A DNA stretch of 57,418 nt, filler included, from Jimgerdemannia flammicorona (lineage: Eukaryota), in the NCBI GenBank assembly GCA_003990765.1. It is 3 parts of 3 records of this genome, joined end to end, with 100 filler letters (N's around TTAATTAATTAA, not from the genome) between each part and the next. Parts side by side here need not be neighbours in the genome. Positions count along the whole stretch, not along the records: positions 1 to 19,073 come from RBNJ01002035.1; 2 more parts are not named here. One strand, given 5' to 3'. The translations under genes were made by a program, and so were the position numbers. Positions within the stretch are counted from its first letter, which is position 1. The number at the start of each line of letters is the position of its first letter. Shown piece after piece: positions 1 to 12,926 of this stretch. The notes beneath the pieces are model-generated. The model was not told the DNA's origin, did not search any database, and saw only the letters and a list, made by a program, of their open reading frames with translations.

Positions 1-225
1 TGGGCTTTTATAGTCACCATAGTCTTTAGTAATTGGTATGACAGACTGATAGTTCCTTGAAGTCTGAGATCTTAGTATACTCCAAGTTAGAGATTAACCA
101 TAGTACATGCCTAAAGACCTGATAAATCTTCTTAGCTATCCTTATTTCATATGTATCCATAAGAGTGGCATCTTGTATTTCTTGAGGACTGGCTGAGAGA
201 ATTTCTGGTAGAGAAGATTTCTTAT

Positions 226-1390
226 CAGATCTCTTTCTCTGCTACCTTACTGGTCATAAGGTTTGGTAGATGATCTTCTGAGTCCCCTTTCCCCTATTAT
301 TCCCTCTACCTTGGATTGGTTTACTGTGCCTGCAGGGGCATAGTAGGAGGAGGGTAATAGTGATGAGTTACCCCTTTATCAGTGTCAGATTAGTGCTTTC
401 TCCACTTTTTCATGGATTCTGGTACCTTCAGCTGCATCTGGGGTATACTTGTTTTGGTACAGTACCTTCTTCCTTTTACTGTTGCTAACAAAGAGGTATC
501 TCAGTATGTCTTGGACTATATAGGGAGTCAGCTGACCTTGGGCATCAAGTGCTCAGTATAGGTTATCTGCAGGTCCTCAGTGCCTGTAATGGGGTCCTCT
601 GGCTTTGACAAGCTTCTTGGCAAGCATGGTTCTAGCATAGGTGACTGTTTTTCAGATGTTGTTGGGATGGGAGGGGAGATGGCTATTACAGATAGGAGGA
701 AGGATAATTATGGTGAACCAGTAGAGTACCAGGCTGGGGGTGGTCATCAGGGCTGGGGCAGGTACTGCTTCAGTGGGGCCTTTTGATTGATGCGGCATAG
801 TTAGGTGGTAGGTGTCACTCTCAGCTTCTTTTGGCAGTCAGCAGGGTTGGGCCCCAGTCATCAGGGGGGGTTGGGGGGCCTGAGGCTACCCATTTCAGAC
901 ATCTTAGCTACACTCAACTGAAACCAAGAGCTGACATAGCAATGTGATCGAGGCTTACAGGCTTGAGTAGTGGGGTATTGGGGGGTTCCTCCTACCTCAT
1001 GTGTAAGTCCTTTACTCACCTCAACTGAGAGAACCAGGCCCTACTCACTATATTGTGCTTTAATGAGAGTTTTTCTTTACCTGTCATTCTCTTTGGAGTA
1101 GTAGGGGCTATTCTATTTAGCTCAGGCATGGCCTTGTACATACATTGGGTTCTCAGGCATGTGCTTTCAGTTGTTGGTATATGGTTGGGTTTCCCCTGGT
1201 GGTAGGGAGAGTATGGTGCACAGAATGAGATATAGGCCAACATCAGCCCTATTGTACCTGGTATGGTTGAGCTGCTGGACAATAGCTAGCCTAGGTTAAT
1301 GGGGGAGCAGTGCTTGGTGAGTAGTGGGGAAGGGTTTTGGCCTATATAGTCTAGATTCCCTTTCAATAAAAATCTGCAGGATATGAGTCC

Positions 1391-1424
<34 letters not shown>
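226..1424 (+). mobile_element. ~1.2-kb non-autonomous poly(A) retroposon (SINE-like), full-length copy
   Basis: AATAAA then a poly(A) tail at 1394-1424; TSD AAGATTTCTTAT at 214-225 and 1423-1434; absent from the other LTR of element A; homologous copy at 35834-37029. Confidence 0.85.
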
Positions 1425-1426
<2 letters not shown>

Positions 1427-1669
1427 TTTCTTATTTCATATTCCTACTATATCCAGAGGCATTCAGTAGTAATAGTGATCCTTGTTTCTATTTTATAATA
1501 GTAGAGGATATAATGATAAGGGTTACTAGTACTTAGATTGAGACTAGGAGTCCTTTTTGTATAAATCCTTATAGCTCTTCTGATATCTTGGAATATTCTT
1601 TCCTAGACTGAGAGGTTTTAGTGATTCCTGGATCTTGAGGTTTGGCAAGTGGCAGGTATTTTTATTTAT

Positions 1670-1860
1670 TTTTATTTATTTATTTATTTATTTATTTTTA
1701 TTTTATTTTATTTTATTTTATTTTATTTTATTTTTATAGTTACTTGGACTCAGCCATTTATTACCAGTCAATTGTTAAATATACAGTCTTCCTCCTACTA
1801 CTCAATCCCCATAGGGGGGCCTCTCCCTACCCCAACTCAAGCAAAGACCACCTTCTCCTT
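1670..1860 (-). mobile_element. 5'-truncated LINE 3' end inserted in LTR A
   Basis: (TTTTA)n tail on + strand; 16-bp TSD AGGTATTTTTATTTAT at 1654-1669 and 1861-1876; resembles the 3' UTR of the LINE at 23014-23110. Confidence 0.75.
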
Positions 1861-2329
1861 AGGTATTTTTATTTATAATAAGTCTTTTGAACTATTTCTA
1901 TAAGTCTTATTTGAATTACTACTACTGTGGTTTCTTGATTCTTCTTTTATATTCCTTGATATGTCTGTCTTGTAGTCATGATGACTCATAGTTGGTCATC
2001 ATTACTCATCTTATAGCCTAGGTAAGTTATACTATATAATCTTCTTGTATTCTGATCTAGTGACTTGTAAGAAAAAGCTATCTTCTGTAATGATATTATC
2101 ATTCTGAGATCACTATTACATCTTTTTCCTGAATAAGGATCTTCTCTTGAACATTCTTATTCATTGGTCCAGTCTGAAAAATTTGCTGATCTCATAACCT
2201 CTGATAGAGGGTTAAAAAGTGGTGTTTATGGGCTGATATTTTTCCTATATATTTTGGCATGATAGTGAAGAGTCACTCTCTTTATATAGAGCAAGGGTCT
2301 GATTCTGATCTTGACCAATCAGTTGATGG

Positions 2330-3600
2330 TTTGAACTTCTCTAGCTTTGAAAGTCTTATGGATAAGTAATTGCTAGTACTGTATCTCTTAGAGAATGGTT
2401 CAGATAGATTACTTATTGATTATAGAACATATTATTATAATTTGTGAACTAGAACCTTATGGGCAATCATCATATTTTGTTTCTCTTATATAGGTTCATG
2501 ATATTTCTTGAGTCTATTCCTATATATTATGATAGGCAGTATGGTCTCTGAGAGTTTTCTAAGCCAGAAGGTAGTTCTCTTGATATCTTATATATAGAAG
2601 GGTCTTTTCTATTTGAGCTCCAGTTTTTGCAATCATGAGGCTTCTACTATATTTCAATATAGTAGGACCTTTTCTCTGATTTAGATGGGTTCTAGGATCT
2701 TGTGATTATTTTCTACATTCTTTCTGATTTGATATAGTCTCCAGATTTCTGAGTTAATCTGTCTCCAAGTTAGATTTAGATTTGTGGCTGAGGTTCCATT
2801 GGAATCTTCTTTTCTAAAGAGCAGTTCTCTTAGAGTAAAATATATACTCTGTGACCATATGTCTTATAGGACAAAGAGGGCAGTTGAGAGATAGTTATCC
2901 CAATTGTCATATATGTTTGAGATCTTTGCCAGAATATTCTTGAGGGTCTTATTGATTCTTTCTATCTATCTATTTTCTTGAGAGTAGTATACAGTGGTCT
3001 TGATATGCTGAATCTTATATTTCTGATACATTATCTCATAGAATCTATTAATAAATTCTATGCTATAGTCTATGATGATTTATCTTAGTGTCTTATAGTA
3101 GTAGATGATTTCTCAGTACAGGAAGTTGACTATAGAGAGAGAATTGACTTCTTGTAATACTCTTGCTTCTATCTACTTGGTAAAGAGATCTACAATAACT
3201 ATAATATAGTGATTTTCTGATAGTATTACTAGTAGCAGTCTAATGATATCTATTGTGATGTGATGGAAGGGGATAGACTCAATTCTTGATGATCTGGATG
3301 TCTGGTATTATTGATCTTATTTCTGTTTTTAGTACTTATCACACTCTTTGACAAATTGGTACAGGTCTTCTTCCATCTTGGACCATCACATAGTTCTTTT
3401 TATCTTGTTATATATATTGATTTCTCTTAAGTATCCTTATTTGTATACTTCCTTCATTATTTGATACTTCTTATATTTGGATATTATGAGCTTTCCTCCT
3501 TTTCTGAGTATGGTGTTATCTAGTTTAAATTATTTCTAAGTCCAGTTAATGATGGTAATAGTCTAAGATTTGAGATGGTTAGACATCTTCCACTACCCAA
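2330..3600 (-). pseudogene. Integrase of element A (degenerate)
   Basis: Manual translation gives IPFHHITIDII...HYIIVIVDLFTK and HIKTTVYYSQENR*IERINKTLKNIL (rve core), plus a GPY/F-type tail KVLLY...KLELK*KRPF; many stops. Confidence 0.8.
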
Positions 3601-3659
3601 AATAGCTGATTAATTTATAGTATAGCTCCTTATTCATATTGAATAGTCTTGATGAGGGT

Positions 3660-4950
3660 GTTTCAGAGTATTCTTAAGAGTATATCAGCATTGATATTGG
3701 TTCTTTCTGAGTAGTACTTAATAGTATAGTTATACTCTTGTAGTCTGTAGATCCATCTGGCATATATTTCTTTAGAGTTCAGAGTATAGAATAGTCAGAC
3801 AAGAGTGGAATAGTTTATTTGAATAGTAAAGTATTTCCTGACTAGATAGTAATAGAACTTGTCTACTATCCAAACTACTGCTAAGTATTCAAGCTTGTAT
3901 GACTCATAGTTCTGTTCTGCTCTATAGATACCTCAGCTTACATAAGAGATGACATATTCATGTCTATCTTTCTTTTAAGCTAGGACTGCTCTAAGTTCTA
4001 TAGTACTTATATCTGTCTGCAGAATAAACTCTAGGTTCCAATCTGGTCTTCTAAAAATGGATACTTGAGTCAATCTGATCTTGAGTTTATTAATATTTCT
4101 TAGTCTATTTGAATTTGGTCTTCTTCTTCAGTAGCTCATAGATAGGTACTTCAATATTAGAGTATTCTTTGATAAATCTTCTATAGTAGGAGATTAGTCT
4201 AAGGAAGGCATAAACTTCTATAGTTATTCTGAATCTTAGATAGACTGCAATAGCCTCAATCTTCATGAGATCTGTGTAATTTCCAGTCTAATTGATGATA
4301 TGTTTTAGGTAGGTAATTTTCTGAGCTATAAACTTACACTTCTTAGACTTGATATAGAGATCATACTTCTTGAGCTTCTTGAGAGCTAGCTGTATATGGT
4401 TGACATATTCCTGTGCTGTATTGCTGAAGATAATCATATCATTAATATAGACAAAGAGCCATTTTCCAATCTCATTACTGAAGACTCTGTTCATCATTTG
4501 CTAAAAACTTGCTGAGGCATTATATATTCCAAATGGTATTTATAGGTAGACATAGGTGGTATTAGGTGTGATAAAGGCTGATTTCTCACTGATATCTTAA
4601 GTGAGACCAATCTGATAGAAGCCTGAAAACAGATCTAAGGTAGTATAATATTTGGCTTTGCTTCTAAGGATAATAAGGATTTTTTAAATATTTGGTAAGA
4701 GCTGCTTATCCTTCTTAGTGATTGTATTGAGCTTCTTGTAATCAATGCAGAGTCTTGGAGTAAACTCTCCAGGCCTGCTTTCTTTCTTTGAGGTGAGAAC
4801 AATAAGTAAAATCTAGGGACTGATAGCTTGCTTAATGATACTGGCTTCTTCCATTTCCTTGAGTTCTGCTTGCAGCTATTCTCTATAGACAGGTAGTATA
4901 GGTCTGGCTTTCTGATAGATGGGCTTGATATTGCCAGTATCAACTTCATA
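3660..4950 (-). pseudogene. Reverse transcriptase and RNase H of element A (degenerate)
   Basis: IPFGIYNASASF..MMNRVFSNEIGKWLFVYINDMIIFS (YIDD mutated to YIND); FILQTDISTIELRAVL and EQNYESYKLEYLAVVW (Ty3 RNase H). Confidence 0.85.
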
Positions 4951-5139
4951 GTAGTATTTAGATTCTTGATTGTAGATGTCTCTGAAGTCTATGGCAAGTA
5001 CTCCTTCATTTTGGTACAGAATCTTGAGAAGTTGTTCTTCTAGGGAAAAGTTTTCTCCAATGATATATGTGTGCTTGTTCTGGTCCTTGTCTTTCTTGTG
5101 CTTGAGTTTGGTAATCTTGATAACAGTATAGACTTCTCT

Positions 5140-5555
5140 TCTAGTAGATCCAAAGTCTTGTTCTTCTCTCTTGATCTTGATGAGTTCAATGGCTTCAGTG
5201 ATCTTAGGCTTCTTGACTTCATGAATCAGTATCTGGCCAATTCTGTTATGCTTCTTGACTTTAAATAGAGTGGTGGGGTTGTGATTCCTGACTATAAGAA
5301 AGATCTCACCAGTATAATTAAGGTTAATTACTCTTCCTTTAACTGAGATTTTACTTTTGGCCAGACTACTTCTGGTCTTGATAATTCTGGTATACTTTTC
5401 TGACAACTTGACTCCAATTCCAGTACCAAGTAGAGTGGTGGTCTGTGGTTCAAGAATAGCATCTTGAATGCTGGCAAGGTCTATTTCTATGGCTCCTTCA
5501 GTCTTATATTCTGGGATCTTAGCTTCAGGATGAAACTTCTTGACCTTGAGAGTAA
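5140..5555 (-). pseudogene. dUTPase domain of element A, between PR and RT
   Basis: KVKKFHPEAKIPEYKTEGAIEIDL..GTGIGVKL..IKTRSSLAKSKISVKGRVINLNYTGEI..RIGQ..REEQDFGST matches trimeric dUTPase motifs 1-5 with substitutions. Confidence 0.85.
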
Positions 5556-5929
5556 TGTCTGATTCTTATTCCTCCTCATCATTACTATCAGCTTGAAGCT
5601 CTGGGGGCTGGTCATCTTCTTCAGCTTTCTTTTTTACTTTAGCAGTTTCTTGCTCTTACTTTTGTTGGTGGATTTTCCTAACTTCACTAATATAGGACCA
5701 GCAGTCATTTAGATGTTCAGAGTAGTACATTCTAGTATTATGGGGGCATCTTCCTTGAGGGGTATAGCCATTGATGATCTTATTGTACCACTGCTCATCT
5801 GTGAGCTTGGGTGTCTTACTCTTGTTCTTGTACACTGAGTGTATGAAGACTTCTGTGTCTTCTTCATCTCTGTCCTTCATGTCTAGTAGTACTCCTTTGT
5901 AGATATTGATAGAGACTTGTATCTTTCTT

Positions 5930-6250
5930 TCTCTATAGTTGATCTGTATCTTCTGAACATTGAGGTCAATGATGGCCTTGGCCTTATAAAGCTATTAGTT
6001 GCCAATAAGAATGTTATAGTTAGTGGTGCTTATAATAATCACATCTACTAAGATAGTAGCTCCTCCTATCTTGATGAAGACTTCTTGAATCTTGCTTAGA
6101 GGGATAGCTTATATATCATCTGCTATAACATAGACCATTTTGGTAGACTCTTCAATATCCCAGCCTAAGTGGTCAATTGTCTTCTTACTCATAAAGTATC
6201 CTCTAGCATCAGTATCAATGATGATATCAAGATACAATTTTCAATCTGAC
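5930..6250 (-). pseudogene. Retropepsin aspartic protease of element A
   Basis: IIIDTDARGYFMSKKTIDHLG (degenerate DTGA) ... NYNILIGN..LYKAKAIIDL. Confidence 0.7.
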
Positions 6251-6599
6251 ATAGAGTATAGACTGATATCTTACACTGATCTTCAGATTCTTTATCTGAG
6301 TTCTCAGATTCTTCTTGTACATTGTGAGCTTCTATAATCTTGTACTCTTAGTTCTTGATAGTAGTTGTAAGTCCTACTCTTAACTGCTATCTAAAGGTAG
6401 GAACTTCTGCTAGTTATTCAAAAGTAGTATTGATCTTCTATTCCTTGAGGTCCTTGTAAATATCATACTGATGGATCTTAGTCTTGTACAGCTTCTATTC
6501 TTTCTTGCTTTTACTTTCTCCTGAGACTGAAGTAGTGCCTTCAATAATTTGGCAGACAGCTTTATCTAACTCCATATCTTGATCAATCTCCTCAGGTTG

Positions 6600-7750
6600 G
6601 GTCTTGCTTTAAATAGTAACAGCTGGGGTCTTTTTTAGTCTTTCAATTGGCTTACTGTTGCCCTTCTTATTATAGGGCTTAGACTGAGTTCTGATACCTT
6701 CAGTAATAGGGTAGAATTTAGACTCCTTGTAGTATTTTTTATCATCAGTATCCCCAATCTCCTCAATGACTACTGTATTGATTTGTTCTCTGGTTTTGGT
6801 AGTATTGCTTAGTTGGGCTTTGCATCTTGTTTCAGTCATACAACTCTTTGTATAGTGGCATTTTTCTCTATATCTGAAGTATATGATATTGTATTCTTTT
6901 ATAGCAACTGCAAATCTCTGTACTGGTCTCCTGTTGGTGCTTTAGACTTCTCTAACAATATCACCAAGGTATGCAGTTATCTCAGCAAACTGCTTGGCAA
7001 GTTTCTCCACTAGATCAGCTTTGGCTATCTTGAGGGTAGGTGGAGATAGTTGTCTGTTTACAACTGTGATATATACATATGACACTGGTTGACTTTTGTA
7101 GCTCTATCTTAATACTAGTTATTTTCTCTATTGAGTGTTTGGCGGAGTGTCTAGTAGTCCAATATCTCTATATAAAGATCACTTTCTGGTCAAGAGTCAG
7201 AGCAACTGGGATAGACTGGATTACTAGGGCAATTTCAGAGTAAACTCTTTTGAGAAAGGTTAAATTAGCTATTTGTTCCTTGAGGGTATCATCATAGCCA
7301 GCCAAAACAATCTGGTGGTAGATTCGAGTATAGAATAAGTTGAGATCTTCATTAAGTCTCTGGAAGATAGTATTGAGTTAATCCTTGAGAGCTTGCTTGA
7401 TCTTTTCATTATAGTATATAGTTCTAAGAAAGTTCTTTATATTGGAAAGTTTGGCTGCACCAATATTAGTAATGGTGACTATATTGAACTTGTCTCTGGT
7501 AGATCCTCTGAGGCTGACAGGTAGAAGAGCCAATTGTATATCTATGATGAGGGCTCATATGGTGGCAAATTGTTCAAAGTCTTCAATGAAGATCAGGATT
7601 GACTCTTCAGTAATATATCTATAGAATATGGAGGGATGCATTTCTATCTTATCTTGAATTCTTGCAAGGTAGTCAAGGTAGTTATTGTGATATTTGTTTG
7701 TTTTTTAGCTTAAAAGTGAGAGATTTATCTTGAATCACTAGTTAATAGAC
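6600..7750 (-). pseudogene. gag of element A with decayed CCHC knuckle
   Basis: Gag-like FIEDFEQFA and IFQRLNEDLNLFYTRI segments; YFRYREKCHYTKSC at about 6840-6885 is a mutated CX2CX4HX4C. Confidence 0.6.
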
Positions 7751-7838
7751 ACCAAGTTGTTACATATATAGTAGTCACTGAGTTCTTCAAATATGTCAGA
7801 TTCTCTTTAAGGTATATCTCTTAGACTAACTATAAGTT

Positions 7839-9330
7839 TGTTATAAGTAAGTTCTTATTGGAGTACCTTCCTAAGGTCTTATAGTCCTCAAACTTCTTAT
7901 CTTTAAACTGTCTTATTATCTCTTAGATTGCTTATATAGAATTGAGTATAAGTGAACTGAAATTGACTTTATTTTAAAGGAAATAAGAGGAGTATTTATA
8001 CAAAATATAATTCAATGGTTGCTAAGTTATAAAGCTAAATATAAATTCTAATAACCAAATAAAATACTAGAATATAGAAAACTATAGTTGTAAGTACAAA
8101 TTCAAATATCTATACAAATGATTGTATAAGTTCAGAATGCTAGTAGATTTTGGTAATATAGGAAAAGAGTGTCTAAAGATTCAGGTGTTATAGAAAAAAG
8201 ATACTGATAGAATTTAGTTACATATGTAGAAAAAGGATACCAGAAGATTTTTGTATTACCAAGAACTTAGAGCAGAATGTTCAAGACTATGGGGGCTTCA
8301 TCTTTATTGCTACTAGAGATCAGGATATCCTCAAAGGAAATGAGGTCTATGAATGTTTTATCTGTTTTATATGTTTCATATATGTCATGTGGGATGACAT
8401 TATCACTAGTGATATCATCACATTCAGTAGTAGTGGGGGCTCTTCAATCTATGACATTCTCTTCCACAAAATAAGAAACAAATGTGAGGTCTTGGAGAGA
8501 TCTAACCTGGATGCTGGGGCCTTGAAATGCTGAGATCAATTCTTGTATGAATTGATCTGGATTTTCCTAAAGAATGAGATATCAAAACTCTTCTATTTTA
8601 TCACTATTGAGAGTGATGATAGACTGAGCTTCTGTGGCCACCATGGTCTCCAGGGCATTGGTACAGTGGGCTAATAGTTCCTTGAAGTCTGAGATTCTAG
8701 TATACTCTAAGTTAGAGATTGATTATGGTATATACCTAAAGATCTGATAAATCTTCTTAGTTGTTCTTATTTCACACACATATATAGGAGTAGCATCTTG
8801 TATTTTTTGAGGACTGGTCTGAGAGAATTCCCAGTAAAGGAGGTTTCCTATTTCATATTCCTGCTACATTCAGAGATATTCAGTAGCAATAGTGATCCTT
8901 ATTTCTATTTTGCAGTGGCAGAGAATATAATGATAAGAATCACTAGTACCCAGGTTAAGGCTAGGAGTCCTTCTTGTATAGGTTCTCATAGCTCTTCTGA
9001 TGTCTTGGAATATTCTTTTCTAGACTGAGAGGCCTTGGTGGTTTCTGGACCTTGAGGTTTGGTGAGCAGTAGGTATTTTTGTTTGTGGTAAGTCTTTTGA
9101 ACTATTTCTATAAGCCTTGTTTAGATTGCTACTACTGTGGTTTCTTAATCCTTCTTTTATATTTCTCAAGATATCTGTCTTATAGTCACAATAACTTATG
9201 ATTGGTCATTATTACTTATCTTATAGTCTAAATGAGTTATACTGTATGATCTTCTTGTGCTCTGATCTGGTGGCTTATAAGAAAAGGCTATTTCCTGTAA
9301 TAATATCATCATTCTGAGATTACTATTATA
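7839..9330 (-). repeat. 5' LTR of element A (~1.5 kb; lower boundary approximate)
   Basis: Right end ...ctattata at 9330 (CA mutated to TA) matches 2120; minus-strand TATAAATA at 7993-8000; TG at 7839 lies next to a decayed PBS-like sequence. Confidence 0.7.
8280..9030 (-). pseudogene. Degenerate LTR(U3)-encoded accessory ORF of element A
   Basis: RIFQDIRR...QEYEIGNLLYWEF...KKIYQIFRYIP*SISNLEYTRISDFKEL, then an acidic tail (TECDDITSDNVIP); aligns with ORF 20002-21018. Confidence 0.65.
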
Positions 9331-9493
9331 ACATATAAGAATTTTATTTTTTTTATTTTTTTTATTTTATTTTTATTTTTATAGCAATAGTGTTTTAAAA
9401 TTTAATCTCAATTTGATAAAGTACAAATCTTTAATAATTAAAATTTATGCTAACAGAGTAATTAAATCTAAATAATACTTAATAACTTTACTA

Positions 9494-11080
9494 TTTTTTT
9501 TTTTTTTTTTTTTTTTATAAAATATATTTTTTATTTTTTTTTTTTTTTTTTTTTTTAATAAACTCTAAGTCTCATAGATTTTTATTTAATAAGAACTTAG
9601 ACTATATAAGCTAAAACCCTTCTCTACTCTACCCTGAATACTACATCCCTATTAATCTAGACTTATTATTGTCTAATAGTTCTACTATATTAGATACAGT
9701 AAGGCTATATAACCTATATCTCATTCTATATACTATGCTATCTTTACTACTTGAGAAAAAATAACTATATATTAATGATCAAAAATACACATATAAAAGC
9801 TAGATTACAAAGCTTCTATCATCTCAAATAGAGTAACAGATAAAGAAAAAATCTCTCAAAAGATATAAAATAATAGATAGAACCTAGTTCTCTCTGATGA
9901 AATAAGTGAAAAACTTATATGTAAGATGAGAGAAGATCTCTAATACTCTACTACTCAAGTTTATAGGCCTTGATTATATAACTACATCAGCTCTTAGTTC
10001 TAGTTGAGTATAGTCTAAATACTCAATCTGAATAATCTTAGGCTTCCCAATAATTTTAAATAACTAGAGCCTAATTCTATATATATATTATTAAAAGTAG
10101 CTAAGAGTAATATCTACTATCTAACCACTCTATATCAATCAGAAGGTCTCATTGATATAGTGTCTACTCTAGCTCTAATAACTATTACTAGTCTGGTACC
10201 TGACTAGTCTACTATAATCTTCTTTCTACCTATCTATAATAGCTCTCATCTTGATACTATCTGAAAAGCAGTTACCTATATAGAATTATACTTATAAAGA
10301 AGCTTGTCAAAACTTAAAGAGCCCCATTACAGATACTAAAAATCTATAGATAACCTATACTAATACTTAACACTCAAGATTAGCTGACTTTTTTTTTTTT
10401 TTTTTTTTTTTTATAGTCTCTTAGACTTCTATATTTATTACTAAACTAATTTATAATATTAAATATATAATAACCAAATTTTCTATCTAATTCTCTTAGA
10501 GTATCTCTTCTTTTTCTCTATTTTTTTTATAGTAAAATACTATTTAATTATTAATAACTACAACCTTCTTATTACTTTTGCATAAATTCTCTCTACTAAA
10601 TAATAATAGTGACTATCTTAGAGACTCTACTCTCTATATAGTCAAACATATACATATAATATCTATCATCAATCTCTCTCACTATACTACTCTCTTCTTT
10701 AACTCTATCTATTTCTCTTTCTCAAATACATATAATCAATATTTAGCTAACTCTATCTATACTACCAAAACTTATCTAATAATAATCAGCTGACTTCTTA
10801 TATAACCTATAATATATTAAAATGATATCTTATTAGTAATAGCAAAAGAAAGAAAGTACTATACTAAAAATGAGTATATTCCAGATATAGCCAAAAGTAC
10901 ATATTAAAAACTATAAAAAAGTAGAAAAAACACTAATCCAACACTAATAAAGAAACAACTCATCACCATTACCTCTCTATTACTGCTCTATAATAGGTAT
11001 AGTAAACTAATCTGAGATAGAGAAGATATAAGTTATAGAAAGAGAACTCAGAAGATTACCTACCAAAACCTTATTAATAA
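9494..11080 (-). mobile_element. Heavily mutated copy of the 1.2-kb poly(A) retroposon
   Basis: Poly(T) at 9494-9557 followed by a reverse-complement match to 226-1393; interrupted at 10391-10784. Confidence 0.75.
10391..10784 (-). mobile_element. 5'-truncated LINE 3' fragment nested in the retroposon
   Basis: Poly(T) tail; TSD AT(T/C)AGCTGACTT at 10379-10390 and 10785-10796; 3' end resembles 1735-1800. Confidence 0.65.
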
Positions 11081-11175
11081 CTTCACTGATAGATAATCAA
11101 TTAATAAAATGAAAGCTTGATACTTTAAATAATATTACATCTACTATGCTTAGTATATTTCATATTTCTCTTTAC

Positions 11176-11447
11176 TTTACAGACTCAGAGTCCTGTGGAT
11201 TTTTATTAGAAAGAAATCCAGACTATATAGACCAAAACTCTCTCCTACTATCTATTGAATACTACCTCCCTATTAAACTAAGCTAGCTATTGTCCAGCAG
11301 CTCAACCATATCAGACATAGTAGGGCTTATAGTGGTCTGTATCTCATTCTATATATCATGCTCTCCCTATTATCAGAGGGAACTCAGCTATATACTAATG
11401 ACTGAAAGTGTATATCTGAAACTCCAATATATATATAAGACTATACC
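11176..11447 (-). mobile_element. 3' fragment of the 1.2-kb retroposon, cut by LTR C
   Basis: Reverse-complement match to about 1125-1392; similarity stops abruptly at 11447. Confidence 0.75.
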
Positions 11448-12804
11448 TATAATAACTCTTATTTCTATCTCTCTCTTATCCTTTGGATACTTAGAGAAAT
11501 AAGATATTACTTAGGGACTTAGTACACAATGTATATCAAGAAACCTTTAGTTTGAGAAAGTACTCATTTGAAAGTAGTTGTAGTGATAGTACCTTATCTT
11601 TCAAAAGTCTTTCTTATTAGTCCTATCTTCTAAAGATCTTATTCTTTACTGTATATAGACTGAATTTACCTTGGAATTTAGGTTCAATGGATTTACTTAA
11701 GTCTTTTGTAATTTGTATACTGGTCTCACTTCTGGTAGAAGTTAGCTAGGCTTCTGGAGTTTAGTTAGAAACACTAGAGTCACTTAGATGTCATTACTAA
11801 GACTCAAGAGAATGTGTGTGTATAGGGGGGGGCTTGATTCTTATAACAAGAACTGAACTAAAACTACTTTATTTCAGATAGAAACTAGAGGTATTTATAC
11901 AAGTTAGTCTGTGATTTCTGATTAAGTATGAGTGACTAATTTGGTAACTATAGTGAGATTTATAATCATAATCTTTGTCAGATAGTTTGTGGCAAAAAAT
12001 ACTTTGTAATCAGAACCTTAATTACTAGGCAATAATTAGCTACTGTAGTAATGGTTGTTGCAGTACTGATTGTTGGAGATAAGCTGGATATTGTTTTTTG
12101 TATCATTTGCATCATTTATTATATTCATTATTCATAATATTATATATTATACTCAATTGTATGATGATATCATCACCAAGTTACATGATTACTTGTTGTG
12201 TCTTATCTGTTCACTTGTTCATTCTATTATATTCTTCTTTTCTTAGAAATCAATATCTTTATTGATTCAGAAATTGAGAACCAGGTGAGAGAAAGATGAA
12301 GAATCTTTCTCAGTATTGTTTCCTTCTCCTTCAGTAATAGGAGGAGTTATTGCTAGTGGCTTAATGTCTAGAATAAAAAAGTCAATGAGGTCTGCAAATG
12401 GTTCTTGAACTGATATAGACATTGGTGTAGGGGTTCTCTATTTAATATAGTTGAGATCATCTGGGTTCTTGATCCTCATGCCTGGAGATATCCATTTAGA
12501 TGAGTAGTCCTTCAAAGAGATCAGAGAGACCTTGGAGCCATTGGTCTGAGTTGTCATTTAGAAGGGGGCTCTAGTGGGGTTTGCAGTTAGTAGACTTGAA
12601 AGTAATTCAGAAGTTGGTTTTTTAGACTATCTTGATCTCTAGCTCATCAATTTCAGAAAATGAGAGATTTTAGAAATTCTTCAATTATATATAATTGAGG
12701 TTAGGGATTGCAAAAGGTATATAATACATAATTTGATAGATCTTCTTGGCTAGTCTTTGCTCATACCTATCCAGATTGGTCCAGTCTGAGACCTGGTCAG
12801 TCAA
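11448..12804 (-). mobile_element. Partial LTR of a third family (C) with U3 ORF remnant
   Basis: Begins at the retroposon break; minus-strand TATAAATA at 11892-11899 as in LTRs A and B; 12620-12800 translates LDRYEQRLAKKIYQIMYYIPFAIPNLNYI*LKNF*NLSFSEIDEL. Confidence 0.6.
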
Positions 12805-12926
12805 CAGCTCCTTTCTCTGCTATCTTACTGGTTATAAGATTTGATAGGCAACCTTCTAAGTTCCCTTTCCCCTATTATTACCCCCTTTACCTTGGATTAG
12901 TTTGCTGTGCCTATAGGGGCATAGTG
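12805..12926 (+). mobile_element. 5' 120 bp of the 1.2-kb retroposon, cut by element B
   Basis: Matches 226-345; similarity ends at the TGTAAG of LTR B. Confidence 0.8.

Larger units (their letters stand above)
1..2120 (-). repeat. 3' LTR of element A (partial, interrupted by two retroposon insertions)
   Basis: Colinear with 8625-9330 once inserts 226-1422 and 1670-1860 are removed; minus-strand start TGTAATAGTG follows PPT AGGAAAAAGA. Confidence 0.85.
1..9330 (-). mobile_element. Degenerate Ty3/gypsy LTR retrotransposon (element A) with dUTPase; left LTR truncated by contig start
   Basis: 1-225 plus 1425-2120 match 8625-9330 (direct LTRs). The left LTR ends ...ctattaca at 2120, next to a minus-strand purine tract (2121-2130). 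Internal minus-strand gag, PR, dUTPase, RT, RNase H and IN remnants carry many stops. Confidence 0.9.

Noticed and set aside
580..1282. Short ORFs shared by retroposon copies (580-786/36203-36403; 1016-1282/36651-36899)
   Set aside because: They reflect DNA-level repeat similarity, have non-ATG starts and show no recognisable motifs.
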